The notes beneath the pieces were generated by a model, which was not told the origin of the DNA, searched no databases, and saw only the letters and a list, made by a program, of their open reading frames with translations. Shown piece after piece: positions 34,663 to 50,443 of a DNA stretch of 64,000 nt. Position 1 is the stretch's first letter. Each line of letters starts with the position of its first letter. The translations under genes were made by a program, and so were the position numbers. This stretch comes from Schmidtea polychroa (taxonomy: Eukaryota). The stretch covers positions 3,412,001-3,476,000 of the forward strand of contig CM097885.1 in NCBI GenBank assembly GCA_044892525.1. The letters are read 5' to 3'.

Positions 34663-35490
34663 AGAGGACCCACTCAACCCTATTATATTTAATTTACAAA
34701 GGGTTTCTCGCTCTTCTGGGTAATTAATACCATAAAATACCTTCAAAAATATGATCTCCATCGGGCCATTTGATAGTGATTTCATGGAACACATCTTGCA
34801 AATTGGAGGTATTTAATAAGAAATCTCTAAATCCGGAACATAAGTCTTTTAGTGTTTCACCATTTTGTCTGGTTCATCTTCTTCATAATCATATAATTCA
34901 TTTTCTTCATTACTAAGTAAAATAATTAAAATATTGTAGTAAATTCTTTATTTAATTACTTTATGGATACTAAATCGAAAGAAATAAAGTTATATGAAAA
35001 GTTTATTTAAATAATTTAGTTATTTAAGCATATTTAAACATTAATATTATTATATAGTCTAATTTTATATAATATTATAATATTATAATTTTATGTATTC
35101 TAAATTTATTTATAAATACAGTATAATTTTATATAATATTATAATATTATGTATTGTAAATTTAATATATCCTTCATTTAATTTTTTAAATTCAAAAATT
35201 TATAATGAAGATTCTTTGAATTAAAAAATATTCTGTTAGTATTTCCAGGCGTAAAACAACGAATTCAATAATTAAAATCTTAATTTTCATGTTTTTAGGG
35301 TTGTGGCAAGAAGTTAATCGCCATCTAATCGTTTATTCTCAATTTCCTCATTTTTGTTCAAAACATTCAGGTGAGTTCTTATCTGGAAAGTTTCTTTTAG
35401 CTCAGTTTTGTTAAAACACTCACGGTATTTTTGAGGGACGTGACACTGGAAATAAATTAACAAAGGGTGGTCATCCATACATGTTGTTGG
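34645..35490 (+). repeat. Unclassified interspersed repeat (inverted copy ~43110-44470, partial copy ~61400-61760)
   Basis: Direct sequence comparison; terminus GGATAAAGAGGACCCAC. Confidence 0.75.
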
Positions 35491-35986
35491 TCTGAGATGT
35501 CAGTAGATGGATTGGGCACCGCTGGCACAGGGCACCGCTAGCACAGTAACTCCCCCCCACCCCGACAGGAAAATTTTTAAAAAAAAAATTTTCAAGGTCA
35601 AATTTTAAACAAAGACATATGACTCATATTATGACTAATCAAGGTTAAATTTTTATTTTCAAGGGCATTTAAACAAAGACCATGACTCATCAAGGTCTTT
35701 CCAAGGTCATATGACTCATACGATGACTCAGCAACATCATTTTCAAGGTCGCATGACTCATACTATGACTCATCAAAATTCCCAAGGTCATTTAAACAAA
35801 GACAATGACTCGTCCAATGACTCATCAAAATTTTCAAGGTCATTTAAACAAAGACCATGTCTCAAACTATAACTCATCAAGGTCATTTTCCAAGTCGCAT
35901 GACTCATCCAAGGTCATTCCCAAGGTCACGTGAGTCATCGCGATGATTCATCAAGGTCATATTATTAATTTTAAAAAATATTATTA

Positions 35987-36053
<67 letters not shown>

Positions 36054-36379
36054 CTCCTAGTCTATCCGACAAAATATTCTGTCCCACATGGGTAATGCTC
36101 ACAAAGGTACTGCTCACGCACCACAAACTCGTATTCGATTATTTTATTTTTTTAAGGTCATATTATTATTTTTCAAAATATTATTATTTTCAAGGTCATA
36201 TTATTATTTTTTTAACATTTTCATAATTTTCTACATTTTCAATATTTTCATTATTATTTCAGGAACATTTTCATCAAATATTTTTCAAAGTAATATTTCC
36301 GTTAGCTTATTTTCAAACAGTTTTTTCAAAGTTCCTTATTATTACTATTATTATTATTATTATTATTATTTACAAAGTT

Positions 36380-36416
<37 letters not shown>

Positions 36417-36439
36417 GATTATTATTAATAATATTCATA

Positions 36440-36960
36440 AAACTTTATTTCTACGTCAAATTCATGATTTTCAACATTTTCATTTTTTGCATGAATATTT
36501 TAATAATTTTCTTTATTTTCATAATTTTCTACATTTTCAATATTTTCACGATTTTCAACATTTTCATGATTTTCAACATTTTCACGATTTTCAGCATTTT
36601 CATGATTATTTCAGGAATATTTTCATCAAATATTTTTCAAAGTATTATTTTCAAAGAAATAATTTTCAAAGAATTATTATTTTTATTTTTTATTTTTATT
36701 ATTTTTTATTATTATTATTTTTTTTATTATTTGCAAAGTTCTAATTATTATTTTAATTTAGAAGTTTCATTATTATTATTTACTTAAATATTCATAAAAC
36801 TTAATTTCTACATCAATTTCATGATTTTCATCATTTCCATCATTTGCATGATTATTTTAATAATTTTCTACATTTTCAATATTTTCACGATTTTCAACAT
36901 TTTCATGATTATTTCAGGAACCTTTCATCGAATATTTTTCAAAGTATTATTTTCAAAGAC
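36440..36960 (+). repeat. 18-bp minisatellite (CATGATTTTCAACATTTT-like)
   Basis: Tandem degenerate copies. Confidence 0.7.
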
Positions 36961-37032
36961 TTATTTTCAAATTATTTTCAAAGTTTTTATCAAAGTTTTT
37001 ATCAATATTATTATTATTATTATTATTATTAC

Positions 37033-37133
<101 letters not shown>

Positions 37134-37541
37134 CTCCTAGTCTATCCGACAAAATATTTTGTCCCCCTATGGGTACTGTTCACACTCAACAGGTTGCAAG
37201 GGTACTAGTCATGCTTATTATTATTGTTATACAATATGATGTTACTTAAACATTTGAAGGTTCTACCATGGTTACAATTTCTACATTTTGAAAACTCTAA
37301 TTTGATTGGCTATCTCAATTTTTATAAATGTAAAAACAAAAGTAATTTAGTTATTAAGAAATTTATTTATTACTGATGATTTCTACAAGTAAAACTGTTG
37401 AATATGAATGTGTAAATCACAAAACACATTTGGTAACTTTATTATTTTGTCAATATTTTTTATATATGTCATTTATAGCAAGGAAGTCCTACTAGAAATA
37501 AGGAAAAATTAAGTCCAACCTATTCCGAAGATAAGCGTTCA

Positions 37542-38034
37542 TTGAAATTTTTTAACAACACAGTTGAAGATTTTATAAATAATCATGATACTTACAGTGA
37601 TAAGAAAATCATAAATATTTTAAAAATTTTCAAACATTCCTCTATTGAATATTTGATTGATTTATTTAATTATGATAAATGCATTTTAAAGTTATCTAGT
37701 TATTTAATGTATTTAGAAAAAAACAGTGGTAAACAACGATTCACTGAATGAATACTTTTGGAGTTGTATGTATTTAAGGTTGAAACCGGGATATAGTAGA
37801 CTGATTTATGAATGGATAGCAAAAGCCGATTTGATTGAAAATAAGCTAACGGAAAAACTGAACGATGTTAAGAAAAGGTATTTAACTTGCTCAATTTGTA
37901 AAGAAAATCAAGTTTCAGTTTTGTATTTACCGTGTGGTCACGTAATTGTTTGTTCTAAGTGTCACGAGAAGAATGTTCACAATTGTCAAGCCTGTTCAAC
38001 ACTGATTAATGAATATCATACTATATACATGTAA
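37542..38034 (+). pseudogene. IAP-type C3HC4 RING finger protein (frameshift ~37735)
   Basis: CSIC....VLYLPCGH..CSKC.....CQAC; homologous to 51530-52223. Confidence 0.8.
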
Positions 38035-38159
38035 GTTCTCAATACAAATCAATACAATATCAAAGTCAAATGAATTATTACCATACATAATGACGGTACT
38101 ATAATGTAGAAAATTTTCAAACATTGAATAATATGAAATCATTTTGGTAATATTGATGA

Positions 38160-39870
38160 AATTTTAAATATTGAAAATCTAAAGTTGAAACCAGCTAATT
38201 TTATCATGATGATATATTTTAAATCTACTTGAAAATTATTGTAAAATATACTGAAATTTGTGATTTTGAAAGATATATCACGTTATAATTGCTATATAAT
38301 TGGCTGAATCGATGAAGAATTATGATCAATATATTTCATCTCTAGTTAGGTATTTGATGGTAAATGTGGTGAAATATTTGTAGAAAATATTGATTTTAGT
38401 GAATTTTGATCTTTTAGTGGGCTCTTACTACATGAATTTAGATACTAAATTATTTCAATGGAAGGATGTCTGTAACAATTAAATAAAATTCATATTTTGA
38501 AGAATTTTCTATGGATTTTAAGAGAATTGATATATTAAAGTCGGTTGGATTTAGTGAAGGTTCAATTAAGATGGTAATATATGATTTTTAAAGAGGATAT
38601 TTAAAGGAGTAGAAATATTTAGTGAGGGATCGGTTAAGGCGGAAATGTTTGAAATCTCTATTTAAATCGACAATGTTCTTATTGGTAAAATATCAAAGGG
38701 ACATAGCCAGTATTTAGCTATGAATTAATAATCGTTCCTGTGGAATTATATCGTTTTAGAGGTTTATTAGGTTGTGATGAATGTTATTGCACAGTAATTT
38801 ATGTTTTAGAACCAATTTTTATTAATTATCCATTGTTTTATTAGGTCGTTTAGGGTTAATGATCAATTTACTTGGTTTTGACAATGAAATATTTGAAATC
38901 TTTAGAATTAATTGGGATTGATATCAAAGGTTATTAAATTATTTTATTTAAGAAGTTATTTTATTCATTGTGGGGAAATATTGAGAAATATTGACTTAAA
39001 AGTTGGAAATCGACAACAGCTAAAGAAAATTGATCTTTATTGAAAATATTTTATGAGTTTAATTAGATTTCTAGAAATTAAATCGGTTGAATATTAAGGG
39101 TAAAATCTATTGAAGAAATATTGTTATCGGATGGATAAATCTTTCAATGATATTTTGCTAAATTACCTTTGTTAAATATTATTTTAAATGACTAAAAAAG
39201 AGAAAATTAACCAATATTCTTAAATTATTCGCACAAAATATCGCTGTTTTGGTAAAAGGTTACTCAAAATCCCTATTTAAAAATGTTAAGCATGTATTTC
39301 TCACAAAAATATATTACACCCAATGATCATTAAATTAGAAAATAATTGTAACCCTATATTTCTAACTAATAAGTACATTAATTGGTTAAATGATAACCAA
39401 ATGTTTCTATCATGACTCCTTTTTGCCTCAAACAAAGATAGAAATTTACTCCAAATGATAAAGACTTTCTACCAAAATTATCAATAAATATATGTTGTTA
39501 TTAATGAATATGCATTTCTCACAAAGTTCTATTAATTATTGTAATGAACATTACATGAATAAATTACCTATGAAATACTAAATATTCATATCTTACCTTT
39601 TGCTAAATATTATTTTAAATGACAAAACATGACAAAGTTAACCAATAAATTAGACGCTCGAAATGAGAATTCGGTAAGTTACATTCAAAATATTCAAAAT
39701 ATTCACGAATTTCTGATATCTATGATCATCCATTTCTCACTAAATTACCTATGAATTTTTAACTAATATACATGTGCTTTAATTAATATTGCGACATGTT
39801 GAATGTAAGCAGTACCCTTACGACAAATACACATAGGGGGACAAAATATATTGTCGGATAAATTAACACT
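38160..39870 (+). repeat. Diverged duplicate of ~41530-42980 (degenerate, possibly once coding)
   Basis: Colinear similarity over ~1.5 kb. Confidence 0.7.
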
Positions 39871-42800
39871 ATATATAAAAACTTACAATATGCTAAGGTT
39901 TTTATTGATTACTTTGTTGTATATTGCATTGATACATCAAAATGTCAGATAATATTTATAAATTAACTAAAAACTACACAAAAATACTATATTACCTAAG
40001 AATTCAGTTATGTTTCCAGTTAAATAATTGAGATAATTGGTATTACTATCAACTATATAAAAAAAATTGTTATGAATCCAGGAATATTTAAATTAAATGG
40101 TAAAGCCAAATACATGGATTTCTAACTAAATTTTTAAATTTATCGGAAATATTTTACTTAAGAAATTGCTATATATTTAAAATAACCATGTACTATTCAT
40201 CAAATTGCCTAAAAATTTGCTATATGGTATTGTTAAATAAAATAATCATAATAATAAAATTAAAAATAATAATATTATGTCAAGGCATGAAAAAATAATA
40301 TATGACTAATAAATTTGCAATACAAGTGCATAATTAACAAAGACTTTGCAAAAAATGGGCATGATTAACAAAGACATTAGAAATATTATCTTTGCATTAT
40401 GTCGAAGATGAATATGGCAGTAATATCAGAGGAGAATGAATGGACAGAAGAAAAGCAACATTATGATTTATAATAATTGTAAATATAATTGTATATATAA
40501 TTGTATATAATATTAAATTGTAAATTTCCATATATAAATAGCACTATTTCAAAATTAATACAAATATTAAAACAAAATGAATATGTTTTAATCAAAAGGT
40601 ATTACAATAAAACAATAAATTTATAAAAACAAATTAAAACATTTATTTACGAAACAATAATAACAAATACTACTGCAACATATAATGGCAGCTTTAAAAT
40701 ATGGGTTAGGGTTTCTTCTGCTTTCCCAACATCTTCATGGTTTGTGCGAAGATCTTTTTCCATTTTGATGAACTCATGGGTATATTTCATTCTGAATAAT
40801 CTAAAATAATATCATATATTATAATTTTTATGAATTTCATGAAATAATTTTAAATAAATGCAATTAATATATTTCCATCTCATCTATGCCACTTCTCGCT
40901 ATATTTAGTCTTACTTTCCATTAATGAATAATTCAAACACTTATTTTCACTTTTTTAAATTTCATTATTAATTAATCATAGAATAATGATGATTCTTACC
41001 ACCTGAGAATAATATTGTTAATTTTATCTCTATGTTATTAAAATTATCTTTCGATTTTACGCTGCTTACCATTTTAGAATAAGATTTTTTATTAAAATTT
41101 GTGATAATTTGACTTATTCAATTTGGAGTTATTGTTAATTCGTTTTATTATATATACTCTGAGTTTATCCGACAACATATTTTCTCCCTCTATGGGTACT
41201 GCTTGTAAGGGTATTGGTCGTAAGGGTACTGGTCGTAAAGGTACTGGTGTGTTTTAATGATTTTATTTAGGCAAATTTTTGGTTATTATTTGGCATTAAA
41301 TTCATTGGTAATTTTTTAGAGTTAGCGGGATTTTACTAACATTTTTTGTGAATTTCATGTTATTTGCTATATTTTATTGACTTGTTTTTAAATTTTAAAT
41401 AAAAATTAATTTTTAATGAGGTTAATAAAATGATAAATTTTGATGATGATGACTTTGTAATGATATTGAATTTGACTTAATAATTTTTTTTTTCATATAT
41501 TTTTCTAAGAATATTTACAGGTTGATGAACTTTAAAATATTGAAAATCTAAAGTTGAAACCAGCTAATTTTTTCACGATGATGATATATTTGAAATCTAC
41601 TTGAAAATTATTGTAAAATATACTGAAATTTGTGATTTAGTTTGAAAGATATATCATGTTATAATGGTTATAATTAGTTGAATCGATGAAGAATTATGAT
41701 CAATCAATGAGATATTATCATCTCTAGTTAGGTGTTTGATGAGACATGTGGTTAAATATTTATTTTAATGAATTTTGATCTTTTAGTGGACTCTTTGAAT
41801 TTAGCTACTAAATTATTTCAATCTGTAACAATTAAATAAAATTCATATTTTGAAGAATTTTCTATAGATTTTAAGATATATCAAAGGGCTCAAATAGGCG
41901 AAATTATAGTCGGTTGGATTTAGTGAGGGTTTGGTTAAGTTGGGAATATATAGTATTTAAAGGGGGATGTAGTCGGTTGAATGTCTAAAGGGGTAGAAAT
42001 ATTTGGTGAGGGATCGGTTAGGGTGGAAATGTTTTGAATATTTAAATGGGTGATGTTCTTATTGGAAATGTTTCAAGGGAAATAGTCTATTAATTATCCA
42101 GGATTTTATTAAAGTGTTAATGACTAATTTACTTGGTTTTGTCAATGAAATATTTGAAATATTTAGAGATAATTGATATCAAAGGTTATTGCTTTAAATT
42201 GATTTATTTAACATGTTAAAGACGGACTTTCATTATGAAGATAACGGTAACAAAAATATTGACTTAAAAGAGTTGGACATGGACAACTAAAGAAAACTTA
42301 ACTTTATTGAAGGAAATTTATGATTTTAATTATATTTCCAGAAATTAAATAGGTTGAATATTAGTTAATCTATTGAAGGAATATTGTTATCGGGTGGATA
42401 AATGATATTTTGCTAAATTACCTTTGCTAAATATTATTTTAAATGACTAAAAATAACAAAACTAACCAATTTCCATAAATTTATCGCACAAAATATCCAT
42501 GTTTTGGTTACTCAAACATCTTAAATTTCTCGCAAAGATATATTACGTCTAATGATCATCTAATTAAATTAGAAAATAATTGTTACTTTATAATATATAT
42601 TTCTAACTAATAAGCCCCTTAATTGAATAAATGATAACCATATTTCTATTATGACTCCTTTAATTATTTTTGCCTCAAACAAAGTTACTCCAAATGATAA
42701 AGAATTTAAAATTATCAATGAATAATGACCATGTTTTTCTCATATTATTAACTATTGTAACGAACATTAGATGAATAAATTAATTTTTGCTTTAAATGAC

Positions 42801-44068
42801 TACAAAGTTAACCAATAAATTAGTCGCTCGAAATGAGAATGCGGTAAGTTACATTTAAAATATTCACGATCATCTCAATAAATTACCTAAGAATTTCTAA
42901 ATGATTAATATACCCTTGCGACATGTTGAATGTGACCAGTACTCTTGCTAGCAATACCCATAGGGGGATAGAATATTTTGTCGGATAAACTCGGAGTATA
43001 TGGTCTTTATTGATATATCAAAATACTGTTATTTATAAATTAACTAAAACATACTCAAAAATACTATATTATTTTACTGAATGATACCTTAAATGTTTTT
43101 AATATACCTAACAACATGTATGGATGACCACCCATTGTTAATTTATTTCCAGTGTCACGTCCCTCAAAAATACCGTGAGTGTTTTAACAAAACTGAGCTA
43201 AAAGAAACTTTCCAGATAAGAACGTACCTGAATGTTTTGAAGAAAAATGAGCGAAATTGAGAACAAACGATTAGATGGCGATTTACTTCTGGCCACAACC
43301 CTAAAAACATGAAAATTAAGATTTTAATTATTGAATTCGTTGTTTTCCGCCTGAAAATACTAACAGAATATTTTTTAATTCAAAGAATCTTCATTATAAA
43401 TTTTTGAATTTAAAAAATTAAATGAAGGATATATTAAATTTAAAATACATAATATTATAATATTATATAAAATTATACTGTATTTATTAATAAATTTAGA
43501 ATACATAAAATTATAATATTATAATATTATATAAAATTATACTATATAATAATATTAATGTTTAAATATGCTTAAATAACTAAATTGTTTAAATATTTTT
43601 AAATAACTAAATTTAAATTATTTAAATAAACTTTTCATATAACTTTATTTCTTTCAATTTAGTATCCATAAAGTAATTAAATAAAGAATTTACTACAATA
43701 TTTTAATTATTTTACTCAGTAATGAAGAAAATGAATTATATGATTATGAAGATGAACCAGACAAAATGGTGAAACACTAAAAGACTTATGTTCTGGATTT
43801 AGAGATTTCTTATTAAAACATGAATTATAGAAGAAGATGAACCAGACAAAATGGTGAAACACTAAAAGACTTATGTTCTGGATTTCTTAAATGAATTAGC
43901 TGATTGTGGGTGTCCTTCAACATGAATGTTTACTTATCAGATTTAAATTATGTAAACTTTCTTTCAACGAATGTCAGGAAAAATGAGAAAACCGATGTTT
44001 TAGCAATTAAGTAAAGTACTCGTCATACCTGAAGAATATTATTATTAATGTAAGACATGAATTAATTC

Positions 44069-44157
<89 letters not shown>

Positions 44158-44899
44158 GGTATCTGTGTTCTATGGTGGGAAATGACATTGAAAAAGTATA
44201 CCACAAATAACAGTTGCCTAGTAGTCAGACAGAATTTAATTTGTGACGATAAAATGCTAGATAACATCTGTAAGTTAATTGCTTTTAAATCAATATAAAT
44301 TTTAGCAATGATAGTTGACACCGCATCAGAAACTAAGAAATACGTCCAATTTGCAAGATGTATTCCAAATGGCCCGATGGAGATGATAATTTTGAGATAG
44401 ATTACCAGCAGAAGAGCGAGAAAAATTTGTAAATTAAATATAATAGGGTTGGGTGGGTCCTCTTTATCCCTTATTTAATATATATTTACAAGCTGATCGT
44501 CGTGGTGGGCTGTTGTAATCCAACTAGTGGGAGGCCTCTGTAAATATATATTTGTGTTAGTGAAAACATTAATTAATTTGGTTATAGTGCCAATGACGCA
44601 TGTATTTTTTAATGTATTTTTATACGTTTCGAATGTGCTGGTAGTTGACTACCCATGCTAGGCGTAATGTTCCGTACATAAAACTATAATGCCCAGGTTC
44701 TTCTGACCCCACTTGGTGAGGCAAAGACGACCCTTGTGGACGCGAACAAATATCCACCGTGTCTTTCAGGCATAGATATTTGGTCACTGCTCATTAGGCC
44801 TGGCAATAAAAAATGCATAAACTTTGCCTTGTCCTCTCTTGTCTTGATTTTAATCGTTTAAATATTATTAAAAATAGTATGTGTGTATTTACTAACCTT

Positions 44900-45361
44900 A
44901 ATTAATATACCCTTGCGACATGTTGAATGTGAGTAGTACCCTTACTAGCAATACCCATAGGGTGACAGAATATCTTGTCGGATAGACTAGGAGTATATAC
45001 ACCCATCTTAAACAAGGTATGCGTATATAGAATGTATGTGTAAAATTATCGCTCCTTATTGAAAATTTCATGTAAAGGCAAACACAGAATACTGCAAACA
45101 TATAATAATTCTCTACCCCATAACTTTGTGTGTAAAAATTATTTTAGGTTTTTCACTAATTATAATAATAATAATAAAGTTTAATGGGTTGTGTGTGTGT
45201 GGAAAATATTTTAGGTTTTCACTAATATTGATAATAATAATTGTTAATGGGTTGTGTGTGTGTGTAGAAAATATTTTAGGTTTTTCAATAATAATAATAA
45301 TAATTGTTAATGGGTTGTGTATGTCTGTAAAAAATATTTTAGGTTTTTCACTAATATTTGC

Positions 45362-45401
<40 letters not shown>

Positions 45402-46255
45402 GTTAATGGGTTTTGTATGTGTGTAAACCATATTTTATGTTTTTCAATAATTATAATAATAATAATAATAACATCTTTCGCGTGGGCGTTAATATTTTAA
45501 AAGAAAATATTGAAAATTCAAAAAATAATAATAATAATATTTATGCAAAGCATGTGCAATAATTATGTCTTTGTTAAATAAGTCAACTTTAGCGTCAAAA
45601 TAAGTTTTCAAAATATATTTAAAATACCGCAACGTAATATATTTTTGTACTACCCCTTCATTAATTTAAGTTGGTCAGAATTTAATAATAATTTTAATAA
45701 TAATAATAAATAATAATAATAATTTGAAATTGTATTTGAAAATAATTTACGACATGTTGAATGTGAGTAGTACTTATGTGACCAGTACCCTTGCTAGCAA
45801 TACCCATAGGGGGACAAAATATCTTGTCGGATAGACTCGGAGTATATATAATAAAACGAATTAACAAAAACTTCAAATTGAATCAGTCAAATTATCACAA
45901 ATTTTAATAAAAAATCTTATTCTAAAATGGTAAGCAGCGTGTTAATACTTTAAAAGAAAATATTGATAATTTAAAAAATAATAATATTTATGCAAAGCAT
46001 GTGCAATAATTATGTCTTTGTTAATTAAGTAAACATTAGTGTCAAAATAAGTTTTTAAAATATATTTAAATTTTAAAATACCGCAACGTAATATATTTTT
46101 GTTCTACCCCTTCATTGATTTAAGTTGGTCAGAATTTAATAATAAGTATAATATGCCCTTTGAGACATGTTGAATGTGAGTAGTACACTTTTGACCATTA
46201 CCCATATGAGCAGTACCCATAGGGGGACAGAATATCTTGTCGGATAAACTCTGAC

Positions 46256-46299
<44 letters not shown>

Positions 46300-46337
46300 T
46301 CTTTCGCGCGGGTGTTAATATCTTTATCAATAATAAA

Positions 46338-46404
<67 letters not shown>

Positions 46405-46724
46405 TCTTTACCTATTATAATAATATATCATTAGATAGATCTTACTTAACTTGTTGCATGACCATGTGTGGACACTTATAATATTTTTTATACATTGTGT
46501 GTAATAATATGTTAAAGTTTTAGCAATACCTTTACCTTTGTGACCGTTACCCATTGTGTTAATAAATTTTAGTGTATATTTAAAGTATAATATTTAGAAT
46601 TTCTTTGTTAAAGTTTTGTCTTGAATATTTTTAGCAGTACCTTTATGACCATTATCTTTGTGACCTTTACCTTTGTGACCAGTACCCATAGGGGGACAGA
46701 ATATCTTGTCGGATAAACTCTGAC

Positions 46725-46757
<33 letters not shown>

Positions 46758-46797
46758 CATCTTTCGCGCAGGTGGTAATATCTTTACCAATAATAAA

Positions 46798-46854
<57 letters not shown>

Positions 46855-47294
46855 TAATAATAATAATATCTTTACCAATTATAATTATATATCATTAGAT
46901 AGATCTTACTTAACTTGTTGCATGACCATGTGTGGACACTAATAATATTTTTTATACATTGTGTGTACCTTTGTGACCATAGGGGAACAGAATATCTTGT
47001 CGGATTGACTATATATACAAAGTATGTGCAATAATTTTATTTTGTCAACTTAACCGTCAAAATAAGTTTTTAAAATAAATTTAAATTTTAAAATACCGCA
47101 ACGTAATATATTTAAAAAGTATGATGAGTCATGTGTCTTTGTTCAAATTTTCCTTTGTTATGCAATATGTCTTTGTTACGTAATATGTCTTTGTTACGTA
47201 ATTTAAAAAATTTTAAAATTTAAAAAAAATTAAAAACCCCTCCCCCGGGGGTAGGGGGTATGAAGTAATTTCCTTTGTGACGTCATCGATTACT
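44900..47294 (-). mobile_element. Probable right terminal region of another Polinton-family element
   Basis: Ends ...GGGGGTAGGGGG...CATCGATTACT; inverted copies of the TATCCGACAA..CCCCCTATGGGTA motif seen in the left ends. Confidence 0.5.
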
Positions 47295-47337
47295 TAATAG
47301 TTCTTTGTTCCCGGGTCCACACATTACCCTACTCGTT

Positions 47338-48500
47338 TTAACCGACTTTACATTTAATCGGTCCTTCTGCGTGCATCCTACTTTTCCTAGTTGGTGTATA
47401 TATTAAGCTACCTCTTACTTTTACTGCATTGATAAATGTCCGACCAGTCATCAATTTCCCTCTAGCAGTTAACCATTTATGAGCACACTGCACTTCTTTG
47501 GCTTCTCTAAGCCCCTTACCATCTAACTTACCATATAGGGTCATACCAGTGACTTCGTAAAATTGTTCATTGGTGGCTATTGGCTACTTACTCTTGCCGC
47601 TAGGATCTTATTAAGTGTCCTAGTTAACACTGAATTAACGGAAATAGGCCTATAATTACCTGGATATTTAGGGTTTTCTACTTTTGGAATTAATGAGGTT
47701 CGTGCTGTCTTTAATACTGGGGGTAAATGTCCTAGAGCTAATATAAGGTTAAACAATTTGAAGAGCGCAGCATGCGGTATAGTTCTCAAGGCCTTCGCGC
47801 TAATGCCGCCAGGACCACTCGCTGTTTTTAATTTCATTTTATTCACAGCAGCTGCGATCTTCTCTAATGAGATGTGTGCAGCTACTGACTTATCCTCCGT
47901 TATTCTCTGGACAGGCCGGGTATCGGTTTCAGACTCTTTTTCAAATACTTGTTTCCAATAGTCCCCTCTACCCGGAATTGAATCATCATCCAACACCAGA
48001 CTATCCAGGATAGTGCTAGCGGCCGTACTTCGATCCTTCTGAAATAGTCTCTGTAAAGGCCCATAAATAGCCCTCTTTCTAGCTACCTTTATGTGCTTTT
48101 TAACCATCCACGGGGATCTGGTTCGTTTGGTTACACTTACTTTTTCTCTTTTTGAGTTTTACTTGAAACTGCTTAGTTACTGATAATATTCATCAAGTAA
48201 AACTCGTTAAGAATTTTTATCTTCCGTGAAGATGATCCTATCCAGTTGATCCACGTGCCAAATGCTATGACACTCGCTTCGAGGGAATTTTCTTAGTATG
48301 GTCATGATGTCTGGAGATGGACGTGGGGCTTGTGGGTTCTCTTGGGCAATTTTGGCACATACAGATATCGACGCTTCGTGCTTTTGAGGGCACCAGGCCG
48401 TACGAACATACCCTCCCAGAACACAATAAAGGCTTTTCAGTTCTGAATTCAAAACGTTCCAGTCACTTTTGTTAATTGTTCTAGGCCGCACTCGTCGCCA
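47338..48500 (-). pseudogene. Deleted R2-group non-LTR retrotransposon (RT start and C-terminal pieces); related piece ~61000-61200
   Basis: TASGPGGI, ARTSLIPK, YRPISV...R..NKILAAR; WL......GRTFINAVKVR. Confidence 0.8.
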
Positions 48501-49645
48501 AGGGTATCAATTTTCAGAAGGTTGTTGAATGCGACACCTTGTCCCCACCGTCCTAAGACAGTAAGCCGCGCCCACTAATGAGCACTTGTCATAACGTGAC
48601 CAATGGACGATCAATTTTTTGTAGAAAATTTTCTTATATTATCATTAATTGTTCTATGAGAGATTTCCTTATATTATCATTAACAAATATCATTAAAAAT
48701 GTGATGGATTTCATCTTATCATTAATATATATCATTAAAGAAAATGAGAGATTCCATTCCATTCCAAGAATCAAGAGAAATACTATCTAATCCGTACTGG
48801 GATTGAACTACCTGTCCATTTCAAGAATCAAAGGAAATACTATCTAATCCGACCTGGGATTCAATTACGTCTAATTTAATTTTTTTATTTGTAATATTAA
48901 TTATTATAGTTGAGGGTCTTTTAAAAACTCTGTCTTTTCTAAAATTAAACATATTTAAATGATTTTTATGATTATTGTAAAACGCTATCTATGTTACGGG
49001 GTCACTAGTTTTGCATATGGAACATATAAAATAAGTTTTATTATAATATTCTTTCATGTAATAATTCTACATTATATAATGCAATTATTATCATGTTCTT
49101 TTGACGAACAATAATTTGGATAAAGTATACCTATAAATGAAAAATATATTTAAAAATTGACAAAAGGATTTTTGATAAAAATTGACTAAAAATATTATAA
49201 TTAATTTTTTTAATAATTTTGCTAAATTGTGTATGCAACCAATCAAAATTAGTTATTTGTTATAAATGATAATTTAATGAAATAAATTTAACAAAAAATT
49301 GACTAATATAAATAGTATCCTCTAATGAAGGGTAAAAAAACTTATTCATTGAAGGTATTTTTTATTTAATTATTTAAATTATTAATTTATCAATTTAAAA
49401 AAATGTTTTGCGAGGGATTTCCTCTTATCATTACTAAATATCATCATGTCAAAATGTAATGGATTTCATCTTATCATTAATATCTATCATTAAAAAAATA
49501 TGAGTGATTTCCTCTTATCATTACTAAATATCATCTAAAAATATGAGTGATTTCCTCTTATCATCTAAAAAAAAATTTTGCGAGGGATTTCCCCTTATCA
49601 TTACTAAATATCATCATGTCAAAATGTAATGGATTTCATCTTATC

Positions 49646-49769
<124 letters not shown>

Positions 49770-50443
49770 TTAAAAAATATGAGAAATTTCCTCTTATGAT
49801 CAAAAAATTGCTTAATATAAATTTATGAAAAATATATTGATAAAAATTGAATAAAATTTAAATAAAAAATTAATAATTTAAAAAATACTTACAATTGTTT
49901 TTATTTAATTTTTTCATAATGGGCATTTTTTTCATTAAATTTTAGACATTATTTTTGGGCATAGACATTTTCTTATCTAAAAAAAATATTTAAATTTTAA
50001 TAATTAAAAAAAAATCTTACAATCTTAGGTATTTGCGAATTATGACAAAATGAAAAAATTAATCATTTATATACTATTGATCTTTCTTAATAATTACATA
50101 ATAATTAAAGGATTAAATTAAAGAGATTAAAGAGATTTTACAATTTATAATTAACATTTAAATTTATCATTATTTTTAATACATATAATATTTAAATAAG
50201 AATATTAATAAATGAAGAACTCTTACATTTAACCGCCGATATAATATCGGTATTCTTGACATCAAAATTATCTACCGATGCATAGATAGATACTGGGGCG
50301 TTAACCTTAGTTGACTTATTGGATGGTTCATTAATGTAATCATCAGAATCGACGGTTGAAGTTATAACATTTCCTAATACACATATTTTAATTTTTAATC
50401 ATTTAATTATAATAATTTACCAGCTCACAATATATATGTCAAA

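Noticed and set aside
48760..48870. Tandem B-box-like repeats (GGGATTGAAC)
   Set aside because: No accompanying A box or terminator; too degenerate.
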